From: Minisyncoccota bacterium
GTDB taxonomy: Bacteria > Patescibacteriota > Minisyncoccia > Phycocordibacterales > PALSA-1337
Reading direction: 5' to 3'
DNA: 64,000 bases
Assembly (NCBI GenBank): GCA_028713005.1
Contig: JAQTPC010000002.1
Location: 36,643 to 100,642 of the forward strand
Numbering within the stretch: the first letter of the stretch is position 1; each line of letters opens with the position of its first letter. Under the pieces are notes generated by a model. It did not search any database. It had not been told where the DNA came from and worked only from the letters and a program-made list of their open reading frames with translations. Made by a program: the position numbers and the translations under genes. Below, in pieces: positions 1 to 9,890 of this stretch.

Positions 1-745
1 GTGATTTTTGTGCTCGTACAAATATACGGTTTGATTCGCCCACCTTTTCATTTTCTGTCCAGATTTGTTCGGTGATCGGTTTGTCAGGGTGGAGTATTTC
101 GATAATGCCTTTTTTGATACCGCTACCGTATATGCCGTCTTCGGGATAGGCAACGGCATGTGCGTAATGGATCTTGATCGGTGAAAAATTTTGATATTCG
201 ATCTGGTAAATAACCAGAACGTGATCTCGATCAGAATTATCCGGCCCACCGACCATGGTGATGATGTCTCCCGGCTCAACTTTGTCTACCGCGACTGCCT
301 GACTATTTTTATCATGTGCAAACGTTGCTACGTCACAGTTCTCTATTGGTCGCAACGCGCATCGTATCTTTCCGATAATGCCGTGGCAATTAATGAAATG
401 TATATGCTTGTCGAGGCTACCTTTTTTTAGTTCTTGGCTTTGCGAGTTTAAAACATAATACGTGAAAGCTGAGCAATCAATACCGATGTTATTATCAGTC
501 AATGTTTTTTTGAGCAGTTCACCAGTAACAGTAGATATATCGACATGGTCTTTGAGCATCAAGCCTTTTATCTCTTCAAATATCTCTTGAGGACTTCCTT
601 TACCAGCAAGTGCACGTAAGGCTGCGCGAGTACGGAGTGTTTTGTTATTAAAATACGGGATAGAACAGACAGCCTCACCTATTTTGAAGTTAAGATATTG
701 ATCGATGACAGTTAAAGCATGGTTTCCTAGAGTCTTGGTATTCAT
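1..745 (-). CDS. NlpC/P60-like (papain-fold) cysteine hydrolase-like protein; 3' end runs off the window
   Basis: Not in the ORF track. Manual translation from ATG 745 gives MNTKTLGNHALT...NNIGIDCSAFTYYVL...VEPGDIITM...RDHVLVI, containing the GxDCS, PGD and His motifs of NlpC/P60. TGTTATAAT lies 6 nt before the ATG. Confidence 0.6.
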   Translation of the reverse strand, partial: MNTKTLGNHALTVIDQYLNFKIGEAVCSIPYFNNKTLRTRAALRALAGKGSPQEIFEEIKGLMLKDHVDISTVTGELLKKTLTDNNIGIDCSAFTYYVLNSQSQELKKGSLDKHIHFINCHGIIGKIRCALRPIENCDVATFAHDKNSQAVAVDKVEPGDIITMVGGPDNSDRDHVLVIYQIEYQNFSPIKIHYAHAVAYPEDGIYGSGIKKGIIEILHPDKPITEQIWTENEKVGESNRIFVRAQKS

Positions 746-772
746 AAGACGATTATAACATTGATCATTGTG

Positions 773-2032
773 TTATTGGACATTGAGTATTTCTAAAATC
801 TCCTTTCCGCGCTTGTTGAATCTACCATGCGTCTCCATGATGCCGAGTATGCTTTGGATGCGGAGTAAATCAGCATTCTCGTCAATGTTGGGATACAAGA
901 TGGTCTGATGACCTAATGTAGTAAGTGCGTTTATCTGCTTATCAGAAATACTTTGGGTGATACGAGTGACACGCTGGATGATTTGTGATCCATCATTGAT
1001 TGGAATGATTGCGGCACCTCGAGGTTCAACCTCAAGGTTGAACCTCGAGGTAAGCGCCTTCAAATGTGCCTCAAATATAGTTTGACCATCGACACCAAGC
1101 TCGCGGTTTTTTTGCTGTAGCTGAGATTCGTACGTAGTAGATGCGGGTTGACGCGCATTTATTTCGATCAAGAATATTTTGTTTAGTTCATCGTCACGCA
1201 TGACGTCGATCCCAAAGAGACCTCTCCAACCATCTGACTGCAATTTTTTTGCAATATCTGTTGCCATAGATTCTATGACACCGATCTCATCTTCGTTTAG
1301 AAGGGAATGGGTGAGCGACCAATCATTTCCAATGGTTGTAAATAGGTTTTCTGTAAAAGGGGGGATACCGGTAATTTGATAGCTAATATTACCAAGGTAT
1401 ATAGTTGCATCATCAACAACAACATTAAGAGTAAATGAAGGACCATGAACATATGAAGTGACACGCGCCAATCTTTCGGGAAATTTTTCTTGTACCGCAT
1501 TGAGCTCATCGTTTGAATTGACCAACGTCGTACCAAGGCCAGTGTGACTATGTGCCCACTGGATGATCAGAGGTTTCTTGCTCCAAATAATATCCTTTGC
1601 AGTGATGAGTGAGTGGGGAGGTAGATATGTGTTACCAAGTGCGCCGAGATATTCTACCTGTGTCATTTTATTTTCAATTTTCTCTGCCAGCACACTTGAA
1701 GGGTTCACTAAGTTCCAGTTATTCTTTTTGCATATTTCTTCTATCTGAGAAGTGTTTTTGAATACGATGATTGAGATATTTTCTGCACCCATATCTTCGA
1801 TGAGTGAGTGGAGCGCTTTGTTGTCGAGCAATTCACGTGTGTCCAAAAGATCACCATCTTCTCTGGTTGTTTCTATGAGATGAATGAAATCAGGATATGA
1901 TTTTTTGATTGATTCTGCATATGCGGTTTTATTTGCCACGATATAATAGTCGGCGCTTGGTTGCACACCTAAAGCGCGTTCGATGTCGCGCGTTACATAG
2001 AGTATTACAGGGGATTTTACCGGTTTTGCCAT
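773..2032 (-). CDS. ATP-grasp domain protein
   Basis: 419 aa; ENKMTQ, GWRGLFGIDVM and IFLIEINARQ are typical ATP-grasp motifs. Confidence 0.75.
   Translation of the reverse strand: MAKPVKSPVILYVTRDIERALGVQPSADYYIVANKTAYAESIKKSYPDFIHLIETTREDGDLLDTRELLDNKALHSLIEDMGAENISIIVFKNTSQIEEICKKNNWNLVNPSSVLAEKIENKMTQVEYLGALGNTYLPPHSLITAKDIIWSKKPLIIQWAHSHTGLGTTLVNSNDELNAVQEKFPERLARVTSYVHGPSFTLNVVVDDATIYLGNISYQITGIPPFTENLFTTIGNDWSLTHSLLNEDEIGVIESMATDIAKKLQSDGWRGLFGIDVMRDDELNKIFLIEINARQPASTTYESQLQQKNRELGVDGQTIFEAHLKALTSRFNLEVEPRGAAIIPINDGSQIIQRVTRITQSISDKQINALTTLGHQTILYPNIDENADLLRIQSILGIMETHGRFNKRGKEILEILNVQ
1016..1051. repeat. 36-bp perfect palindrome (17-bp arms) inside the ATP-grasp CDS
   Basis: ACCTCGAGGTTCAACCT-CA-AGGTTGAACCTCGAGGT; the arms are exact reverse complements. 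Confidence 0.85.
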
Positions 2033-2060
2033 AGAGCCAGTTTACTGTTAAAGTGCTTTC

Positions 2061-2759
2061 ATGTCTACACTTTCTATTATAGGAACCCCTATTGGCAATC
2101 TTGAGGACATTACTCTCCGAGCTCTCAAAGTGCTTGGAAGCTCTGATCTCGTCTTGTGCGAAGATACTCGCATGACTAAACGGCTTTTTGATCGTCACGG
2201 CATATCAGTACCAACTAAGTCGTATCACATGCATAGTAAGCTCTCTCGTGTCGATGAAATCATCACTTTGCTCAAAGCAGGAAAAAACATTGCGCTTGTA
2301 TCTGATGCTGGAACTCCGGGCATATCAGATCCGGGTTCAGAGCTCGTTTCAAGGATCAGAAAGGAGTGCATCACAGAAATATCTGCAGGTGAATTGAAGA
2401 TAGAAGCAATTCCTGGTCCATCAGCACTGACATCTGCGCTTTCAATTGCTGGAGTGCCCTGCGCCGATTTTACTTTTCTTGGTTTTTTACCTCATAAAAA
2501 GGGTAGAGAGACGTTATTTAAAGAAATCACAGCTTCAGAGCGAACAATGGTATTCTATGAATCGCCGCATCGTATTTTAAAAACACTTGATTCACTCGTT
2601 GAACATCTTGATACTGCAAAAAAAGTAACTGTTTGTCGTGAACTTACAAAGATTTTTGAAGAAGTAGTCGCTGGCAGCGCCCAAGAAGTGAAAGCGTATT
2701 TTGAAACACATACAGATAAAGTCCGCGGAGAATTTGTTGTTATTGTGAGTAGAGAATAG
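2061..2759 (+). CDS. rsmI: 16S rRNA (cytidine1402-2'-O)-methyltransferase RsmI
   Basis: GTPIGNLEDITLRA, CEDTR, VSDAGTPGISDPG, YESPHR, RELTKIFEE. Confidence 0.96.
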   Translation: MSTLSIIGTPIGNLEDITLRALKVLGSSDLVLCEDTRMTKRLFDRHGISVPTKSYHMHSKLSRVDEIITLLKAGKNIALVSDAGTPGISDPGSELVSRIRKECITEISAGELKIEAIPGPSALTSALSIAGVPCADFTFLGFLPHKKGRETLFKEITASERTMVFYESPHRILKTLDSLVEHLDTAKKVTVCRELTKIFEEVVAGSAQEVKAYFETHTDKVRGEFVVIVSRE

Positions 2760-2765
2760 TTCTGA

Positions 2766-2795
2766 GTCCGCGCTTAAAGGACGTTGCGCGGACAT
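2766..2795. repeat. 30-bp REP-like palindromic repeat, copy 1
   Basis: GTCCGCGCTTAAAGGACGTTGCGCGGACAT is the exact reverse complement of 41844-41873. Confidence 0.85.
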
Positions 2796-2838
2796 GATTC
2801 CGCGGAATCAAAAGCCGCAGGTGTCATACTGCGGCGTG

Positions 2839-3276
2839 TTATTTTGATAGTTTACGAGCCAGTGAAATAAATTCAATGACATCGCATATGTCTTCATCTC
2901 GAGTTGAAACGATAGCCAATCCATCGCTAAACTGCATGATGAGCGTTTGACCGCACTCTTTTTCCAAAAGAACTTTGTGTGGGCTCACCAAGGTAAATGG
3001 CGGCCAACGATCAGAGAACCGAATCATGGGGTCACCAGATTTAACGAGTCCGTGATCAAGTTCAATTTCAGCCAGAATAGCTTCTTGTGGAGTGTATTCA
3101 GCCATCGGTTCGACGCGAAGCTTGCATTCATCTCCGTTGTCGATAGATATGCTGGACAGAAGTCCGATGAACCACTTTTGTTTTTTGTAAATCCGCACAA
3201 CCACCTCTTTTGTTTGGGTAGTTAAGAACGGATCGAGCATCTCTTTTGTAAGAGGAATAGAATCGTTGATTTTCAT
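2839..3276 (-). CDS. hypothetical protein
   Basis: ORF 2839-3303; ATG 3276 preferred; no recognisable motif. Confidence 0.55.
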   Translation of the reverse strand: MKINDSIPLTKEMLDPFLTTQTKEVVVRIYKKQKWFIGLLSSISIDNGDECKLRVEPMAEYTPQEAILAEIELDHGLVKSGDPMIRFSDRWPPFTLVSPHKVLLEKECGQTLIMQFSDGLAIVSTRDEDICDVIEFISLARKLSK

Positions 3277-3424
3277 ATCCGTTTCTTGTTGCGTTTTTAA
3301 CACTTCCTTCTGGTGCTATGGTATCACTATGGGGTATATTCGTAAAACTCATATATCGTCTGCGCTCGGATTTTACGTAAGCAAGCTTCCGTAAATCCTC
3401 ACTTGACGCTATAATGGCAACACT

Positions 3425-3751
3425 ATGTCAAAACGCCAATTAATTATTTTATTCGCTGCTCTTATTATTCTTCTCGCTTTGATCTCAGGTTTTCCTTCTT
3501 TCTGGAAATCTACTCTCGATATTGTCCTCGCTGGACTGATCATCTTTGTTGCTTACACGACAACCAAGCAATCAAATAATTCAAATAAAAGATCCGTCAA
3601 TGCGCCTTATGTCGATGCTCATGGTGGCGTAACATCAGCACCAGCATTTCGTGCTCCATCTGAATCAGTAAAAAAAGAACCTGTATTGCCCGTGGATGAA
3701 ATAACAACAGTGGCTTCAAGTGAAGTAACTAATCCCGTTCCTAACGCCTAA
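3425..3751 (+). CDS. small membrane protein (two TM helices, disordered tail)
   Basis: Two hydrophobic segments; stop overlaps the next ATG; TATAAT just upstream. Confidence 0.7.
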   Translation: MSKRQLIILFAALIILLALISGFPSFWKSTLDIVLAGLIIFVAYTTTKQSNNSNKRSVNAPYVDAHGGVTSAPAFRAPSESVKKEPVLPVDEITTVASSEVTNPVPNA

Positions 3752-4986
3752 TGAATATTTGGGAGTACAGTGCAAAAGCTCAGATAGCAACGGTCATAAT
3801 AATTGCCTTTATTCTTGTTATCGCCGGTGTTTCATTTGCATGGATTTTGCCACTTGGCAAAGTTTCATACTCAGATCAAGTTTCAGGGGTAGCCACGACT
3901 ACAATTGCTACGACGACGCTAGAGATCGCCTCCTCAACACCTGTTTTTGTAGTAACGCATATTACTACGCCTCAACCGGTTAGAGCGGCATATTATACGA
4001 GTTGGGCGGCAGGTACCCCCTCATTCAAAAAGAAGATGTTTGAACTTATTGAAGGTACAGAGCTCAATAGTCTCGTTATCGATGTAAAAGACTATAGTGG
4101 ACGCATTAGCTTTCCAATGAATGATCCAGAAATAAAAAAAGTCGGTTCAGTTCAGGTTCGTATTCCTGAGATAAAAGAAATGATAGGGAAATTGCATGAA
4201 AAGGGTATATATGTGATCGGACGTGTTGCTGTTTTCCAGGACCCATTCATTGTCAAAGTTCATCCAGAATGGGCAGTGCTCGATAAACGTACGGGTAAAC
4301 AGTGGAAAGATTCTGGCGGAGCATATTGGGCAGATCCCTACAATAAAGAAATGTGGAAATATACAGTAGCTATTGCCAAAGAAGCGTACGCAGTTGGTTT
4401 TGATGAGATCAATTTTGATTATGTACGCTACCCATCTGATGGAGCACTCGATAGCGCACTATTTAGCAAGCCGGCAAGTACCACGAAAGCAGCTGCAATG
4501 AAAGAATTTTTTGTGTTTGTGCATGGTGAAATGTCGGCACTCGGTATACCAACCTCAGCTGATATATTCGGTCAGGTAACAAGTGACAAAGGTGATATGG
4601 GTATCGGTCAGCATTTTGAAAGTGTGTTGCCTTACTTTGATTACGTAAGTCCGATGGTCTATCCGTCACACTATATATCAGGATTTTTGAATTATACAAA
4701 ACCAGCTGAACATCCCTATGAGGTAGTGAAGTATGAAATGGATATTGCTGTTGCGCGTGCCATCGCTGCTTCATCAAGTCCTGACAAGATACGTCCTTGG
4801 CTTCAAGCTTTTGATCTTGGTGCCGTGTATACGCCCGCAATGGTCCATACTCAGATGCAAGCAACAGCGGATGCTGGTGCAAATGGATGGTTACTCTGGA
4901 ATGCAGGAAGTGTGTACAACAGAGCTTTTGTTCTACCATACGTTCATGCTACAACGACCGCAAAAGCTCCTTTGAAGTCTCTGTAG
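3751..4986 (+). CDS. membrane-anchored putative glycoside hydrolase (DUF4015-like TIM barrel)
   Basis: N-terminal TM helix and Thr-rich linker; LNSLVIDVKD, GRVAVFQDP, GFDEINFDYVRYP, SPMVYPSHY, RPWLQAF. Confidence 0.8.
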   Translation: MNIWEYSAKAQIATVIIIAFILVIAGVSFAWILPLGKVSYSDQVSGVATTTIATTTLEIASSTPVFVVTHITTPQPVRAAYYTSWAAGTPSFKKKMFELIEGTELNSLVIDVKDYSGRISFPMNDPEIKKVGSVQVRIPEIKEMIGKLHEKGIYVIGRVAVFQDPFIVKVHPEWAVLDKRTGKQWKDSGGAYWADPYNKEMWKYTVAIAKEAYAVGFDEINFDYVRYPSDGALDSALFSKPASTTKAAAMKEFFVFVHGEMSALGIPTSADIFGQVTSDKGDMGIGQHFESVLPYFDYVSPMVYPSHYISGFLNYTKPAEHPYEVVKYEMDIAVARAIAASSSPDKIRPWLQAFDLGAVYTPAMVHTQMQATADAGANGWLLWNAGSVYNRAFVLPYVHATTTAKAPLKSL

Positions 4987-5146
4987 TCACCTCTATGTTT
5001 TAGGTTATTCACAGGTGTGAGAGTGTACTTGCACTTTTTTATAATAGTGGTACTATTTCTATCCGGAGTAAGTAGCATGGGGTTTGAGGCTATCACCTCG
5101 ACATGCGAAAGCAAACTAAAAAAGAACATTAAGGAGAAATAAAGTT

Positions 5147-5395
5147 ATGGCACGAAAATCAATCGATCCAGTTGAAAAACTGGCAGTAAAGATTGGCGAT
5201 TCATCCCAGGTTTCTGGGAAGAAGACGTTTGTGACGCTACTCAATGCCGCAGGACAGCCCTACACTGATGCACTTGAAGTTAGCAGTTTTGCTGAAACAG
5301 TTGACCGTATCAAGGCTTCGCTTCGCGAGTTGCCGCGGCCGATTCTTGAGCAGTTGATGCAAAAGCACAACGTTCGTGTGAATGTCACAGCCTGA
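5147..5395 (+). CDS. hypothetical protein (82 aa)
   Basis: AAGGAG SD upstream; terminator hairpin downstream. Confidence 0.6.
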   Translation: MARKSIDPVEKLAVKIGDSSQVSGKKTFVTLLNAAGQPYTDALEVSSFAETVDRIKASLRELPRPILEQLMQKHNVRVNVTA

Positions 5396-5428
5396 CATTC
5401 GTTACGCATTATAACCTTTAGTATTATG

Positions 5429-5462
5429 CAACCCGACGTTGGAGGACGTCGGGTTGTTTTTT
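5429..5462 (+). terminator. intrinsic terminator
   Basis: CAACCCGACGT-TGGAGG-ACGTCGGGTTG followed by a T-run. Confidence 0.75.
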
Positions 5463-5494
5463 GTGTTATACTTATCCCAAACACCGTTATTTAT

Positions 5495-7552
5495 ATGGAC
5501 GACAACCGCGTTACATATTTCGCTGAGACTGATGCCCGCAACAAACGGGTTAAGTTTGGCATCAAGTCTATCGATCGCACCAAGCACGTCTATGTGATTG
5601 GTAAAACAGGTATGGGTAAATCTACTCTACTTGAAAATATTGCAGTGCAAGATATCCAGAACGGTGCGGGCATGGCCTTCATCGATCCGCACGGGAAGAC
5701 CGCAGATCTCCTCCTTGAATACGTTCCAAAAGAACGCATTCGCGATGTCATCGTCATTGCACCTTTTGATACTGATTTTCCTATTTCATTTAATGTTCTC
5801 GAAAGTGTCGACCCAAAGAAGCGTCACCTTGTCGTCGGAGGATTGATGAGCACCTTCAAAAAGATTTGGGAAGATGCATGGTCAGCGCGCATGGAATATA
5901 TTTTGACGAACACACTACTCGCTCTCCTTGAAGTACCGAATACAACTCTACTCAGTGTGAATCGTATGCTTTCTGACAAGGCCTATAGAAATGAGATCGT
6001 TGCTCAGGTTCAAGATCCATCTGTCAAAGCTTTTTGGGTAAAGGAGTTCGCTAACTATACTGAACGTATGGCAGCTGAAGCAGTGCCAGCTATCCAAAAC
6101 AAAGTCGGTCAGTTCACTGCAAACCCTCTCATCCGAAACATGATCGGTCAGCCGGTTTCATCGTTTGATTTCCGTAAGGCGATGGATGAAAACAAGATCA
6201 TTATCATTAACCTTTCAAAGGGTCGTATTGGTGATGAAAATATGAAGCTCCTCGGAGGACTACTCGTTACCAAGATTTATCTTGCTGCAATGTCGCGCGC
6301 CGATGTGCCTGATCGTGTGGTCAAGATGTTGCCGCACTTCTATCTTTTTGTGGATGAATTTCAAAACTTCGCCAATGCTTCATTCTCTGACATTCTCTCA
6401 GAGTCTCGCAAGTATAAACTCAATCTCACCATTGCTCACCAATATATCGAGCAGATGGATGAAAATGTGAGCGCTGCGGTATTCGGTAACGTGGGTACAA
6501 TGATCGTATTTCGTGTCGGTGCTACTGATGCTGAGGCACTTGAAAAAGAGTTTGCTCCTCAGTTCACAATGGAAGATCTGGTGAACCTCGGCCAGTTCCA
6601 GATGTATCTCAAGCTCATGATCAATGGTCTTACTTCTGCACCATTTTCTGCGACGTCGATGGGTCCGATTCCTCAAGGCAAGGTGTCATACGTCAAAGAG
6701 ATCATTGATGCATCACGTGAGCAGTTCGCACGACCACGTGAAGTGGTCGAGGAAATCATCGCCAAGTTCCATGAACCTACACCTGCTCCAAAAAAGGAAC
6801 CAAGTGCAACTAAAGCTCCGCTTACGGGAGATCTACGAAAACCAGAGCAAAAAATTGTTGCACAAAGTATGCCAGCAACTACTCCTAAAGTTAGTGTAGA
6901 AGTAAAACCAATGTCTGTGCAGACGCCAAAGCCAGAGCAAAAACCTATTTCAAGTGAAATAAAACCTGTAGTCAAAACCGATGCACCAGCAAAATTTGTG
7001 CCTCCCGTGAGAGCGACAGCGCCATCACCTTTGCTCAAGGACACTCTTGCCAAACTTGCTGCCCAGCCACGACCGGCTCCAGTAGTAAAAATGGTTGCAC
7101 CTATTGTTCAAAAATCTGATACAGCGTCTGTGCCTACAGCTCATCAACCATTTAAAAAGGCTTTTGCTACTGTTGCACCAGCGCAATCGACATCAATACC
7201 AAATCCTGTGCAAATAAATACTCAAGTGCCAGCTGTAAAACCAGTATCTCTCTCTTCGCTTCAAAAACCAAATCTTGTATCGCCAGTTTCACCTGCATCA
7301 CCTCGACTTGATCCAAAAGCACAGACTCCGCAAAATGTCAGTCAATTAAAAAATGCATTGGCTGCAGCTCTTGCGAGATCAAAACCTGTTGATGTCACTC
7401 AGGCGGTCCCGCAACCTGTTTCAGCTGAGGTAAACGCACCCGTTTCAGCACCAGTACCAGTGCGACCCCAAATAGAAGAGCAAAAGTCTCAGACAGAACA
7501 TCCACATGAAGTTTCTGAAGAGGTGCTCAAGAAGGTCTTGAAGATTGATTAA
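5495..7552 (+). CDS. TraD/TrwB/VirD4 (DUF87/HerA-FtsK)-type ATPase with long Pro/Ala/Lys-rich C-terminal tail
   Basis: HVYVIGKTGMGKS (Walker A), FIDPHG, LFVDEFQNF (Walker B), SESRKYKLNLTIAHQY; low complexity after ~aa 430. Confidence 0.85.
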   Translation: MDDNRVTYFAETDARNKRVKFGIKSIDRTKHVYVIGKTGMGKSTLLENIAVQDIQNGAGMAFIDPHGKTADLLLEYVPKERIRDVIVIAPFDTDFPISFNVLESVDPKKRHLVVGGLMSTFKKIWEDAWSARMEYILTNTLLALLEVPNTTLLSVNRMLSDKAYRNEIVAQVQDPSVKAFWVKEFANYTERMAAEAVPAIQNKVGQFTANPLIRNMIGQPVSSFDFRKAMDENKIIIINLSKGRIGDENMKLLGGLLVTKIYLAAMSRADVPDRVVKMLPHFYLFVDEFQNFANASFSDILSESRKYKLNLTIAHQYIEQMDENVSAAVFGNVGTMIVFRVGATDAEALEKEFAPQFTMEDLVNLGQFQMYLKLMINGLTSAPFSATSMGPIPQGKVSYVKEIIDASREQFARPREVVEEIIAKFHEPTPAPKKEPSATKAPLTGDLRKPEQKIVAQSMPATTPKVSVEVKPMSVQTPKPEQKPISSEIKPVVKTDAPAKFVPPVRATAPSPLLKDTLAKLAAQPRPAPVVKMVAPIVQKSDTASVPTAHQPFKKAFATVAPAQSTSIPNPVQINTQVPAVKPVSLSSLQKPNLVSPVSPASPRLDPKAQTPQNVSQLKNALAAALARSKPVDVTQAVPQPVSAEVNAPVSAPVPVRPQIEEQKSQTEHPHEVSEEVLKKVLKID

Positions 7553-7572
7553 AGGTGTGGGAGCATGAATAT

Positions 7573-8760
7573 ATGAAACCACGACGCATACTTATTTTTT
7601 CTTTTGCGTACTATCCTCGCTTTGTTGGCGGGGCTGAGGTTGCTATAAAGGAAATTACTGACCGCATATCATCTGAGACTATCGAGTTTGATCTCATTTG
7701 CCTTCGTCTTGATTCGCGCTTGCCGGCATTTGAGCGTATAGGAAATGTGAATATATATCGCGTTGGCTTTTCACAGCATAAAGAATTTTCAACAGATTCA
7801 TTGCCGTGGTATTTGCATATAAATAAATACTTGTATCTTTTTACTGGTGTACGAAAAGCTCTCTCGCTCAATCGTAAAAGACATTATGACGCTATCTGGT
7901 CGCTCATGGCTACCTATAGTTCATTTGCTGCAGTTATATTCAAGATACTCAAACCAAAAATTCCATTTATCTTCACATTGCAGGATGGTGACCCTATTCC
8001 ATATATAAAGCGAAAAGCATTACCGTTGTACCCATTATTTAAAATGATGTTCACGAGAGCTGATCACATACAGACTATCTCTACTTATCTCGCTGATTGG
8101 GCAAAAGATATGGGTGCGAAGTGCCCGATAACCGTCGTGCCAAATGCGGTTGATTTCAAGCTATTCTCGACAAAAGAATCTGTTGAAGAGCAGAATGTTT
8201 TGAAAGAAAAGCTCGGCAAAAAAGAAGGGGATATTTTTGTAATCACTACTTCTCGACTTGTAGTAAAAAATGCAGTAAATGATGTTATCGATGCACTTCA
8301 GTATTTACCAGCGAACGTAAGATTTATTGTGTTGGGTCAGGGGTATCAGGAAAAAATGCTCAAGGATCAATGTTCAATGCTCGAACTGAATGATCGTGTG
8401 AAATTCCTGGGCTATGTACCACACAAAGAAATGCCCAAATATCTCCACGTTTCAGATGTTTTCATTCGTCCTTCATTATCTGAGGGTTTCGGTAATTCAT
8501 TTATAGAAGCAATGGCTGCAGAAATACCAGTTATAGCTACGCCAGTTGGTGGTATCACAGACTTTCTCGTCGAAGGAGAAACAGGACTTTTTTGCGATGT
8601 GCACAGTCCGCGCAGTATTACCCAGAAGATAGAAAAATTGATCAGAGACAGAGAGTCGCGTGACTATATTGTCGCTCGCGCAAAAAAGATGGTTCAAGAA
8701 AAATATGAATGGAATGCTATTGTTGAACGTATGCAGGATATATTTCTCAGTATTGTATAG
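7573..8760 (+). CDS. glycosyltransferase family 4
   Basis: VGGAE, PSLSEGFGNSFIEAMAA (EX7E). Confidence 0.92.
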   Translation: MKPRRILIFSFAYYPRFVGGAEVAIKEITDRISSETIEFDLICLRLDSRLPAFERIGNVNIYRVGFSQHKEFSTDSLPWYLHINKYLYLFTGVRKALSLNRKRHYDAIWSLMATYSSFAAVIFKILKPKIPFIFTLQDGDPIPYIKRKALPLYPLFKMMFTRADHIQTISTYLADWAKDMGAKCPITVVPNAVDFKLFSTKESVEEQNVLKEKLGKKEGDIFVITTSRLVVKNAVNDVIDALQYLPANVRFIVLGQGYQEKMLKDQCSMLELNDRVKFLGYVPHKEMPKYLHVSDVFIRPSLSEGFGNSFIEAMAAEIPVIATPVGGITDFLVEGETGLFCDVHSPRSITQKIEKLIRDRESRDYIVARAKKMVQEKYEWNAIVERMQDIFLSIV

Positions 8761-8799
8761 CAAAGTACATAAGTCGAATTCGTAGTATAATTAGAAGAT

Positions 8800-9840
8800 A
8801 TGAAAATACTTATTGCATCTGGTATATACCCACCTGATATCGGCGGTCCTGCACAATACGCCCGTAATCTCTATGAAACATGGAAGGGCCGCGATCATGA
8901 TGTGAAGGTAGCTGCATATCGCTGGGAGCGAGCATTTCCTCCGCTCGTCAGGCATTTTTTGTATTTTCTCAAGATCATTCGCAAAGGTTGGAAGGCAGAC
9001 CTTATCCTTGTGCTCGACACATGGTCAGCTGCAGTGCCGACAATGCTCGCATGCTCACTTATGAGAAAAAAATACATTCTGCGTACTGGGGGTGATTTTT
9101 TATGGGAAACATACGCAGAGAGAACAGGTGACATGGTTTTATTCAATAACTTTTATGGAAAGGACAACGCAGCTGGTCCAGAGTTTATGGCAAAGTTGTC
9201 ATTTAAAGAGAGACTCGTATTCAAGCTCGGTGGAGCTGCACTTCGTCGTGCACAAGTAGTTATCTTCAGTACCCAGTGGCAAAAAAATATATTCGAACGG
9301 GCGTACAAAATCAACACAAAAAAAAGTGTCATCGTAGAAAATTATTGTGGTGCACGTATGGATATCATGGAGCCAGAAAATCGAACATTTTTGGCCAGTA
9401 CTCGCATCTTGAAATGGAAAAATATCGACCTCCTCAAAGAGGCCTTCGCTGAGGCTCAGGTTGAGGTCAAACGTCGCGGTTTGCCTGATATTGATATGGA
9501 TACGAGCAAAGCGATGTATTCGAACTTCGTTGAGCGTATGCACCGTTCATATGCAGTTATCCTCGCGTCACTTGGTGATATCAGCCCAAACATGATCTTT
9601 GATGCAGTCATGACGCGTACACCTTTTATTGTTACAAAAGAGATCGGTATCACTGACAGGATACAAGACGCAGCTATTTTTATTGATCCAAAAAACAAAC
9701 AGGATATTGTTGATAAGATTGTGTGGATGGCTGATCCTGCGAACCGTGCAGTGCAAGCAAAAAAAGTTCAGGCACTACCATTTATGCATTCATGGGAGGA
9801 CATTGCTCGTGAGATCTTGGAGATCGGTAAGAAAAAATAG
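8800..9840 (+). CDS. glycosyltransferase family 4-like (GT-B)
   Basis: MKILIASGIYPPDIGGPA N-terminus; degenerate C-terminal motif SLGDISPNMIFDA. Confidence 0.8.
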   Translation: MKILIASGIYPPDIGGPAQYARNLYETWKGRDHDVKVAAYRWERAFPPLVRHFLYFLKIIRKGWKADLILVLDTWSAAVPTMLACSLMRKKYILRTGGDFLWETYAERTGDMVLFNNFYGKDNAAGPEFMAKLSFKERLVFKLGGAALRRAQVVIFSTQWQKNIFERAYKINTKKSVIVENYCGARMDIMEPENRTFLASTRILKWKNIDLLKEAFAEAQVEVKRRGLPDIDMDTSKAMYSNFVERMHRSYAVILASLGDISPNMIFDAVMTRTPFIVTKEIGITDRIQDAAIFIDPKNKQDIVDKIVWMADPANRAVQAKKVQALPFMHSWEDIAREILEIGKKK

Positions 9841-9890
9841 CGATGCAAATTGCTAATGCATGCGAATGACGCGAATATAAACACTGAATT

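Noticed and set aside
3370-3400. Hairpin GGATTTTACG-TAAGCAAGCTTC-CGTAAATCC as an ncRNA
   Set aside because: A single short imperfect hairpin, loosely similar to the one at ~52235-52270; more likely a degenerate palindromic repeat, and too little to call.
5495-7552. Integrative conjugative element or prophage
   Set aside because: No integrase, relaxase, VirB4/mating-pair or phage genes; the flanks are chromosomal.
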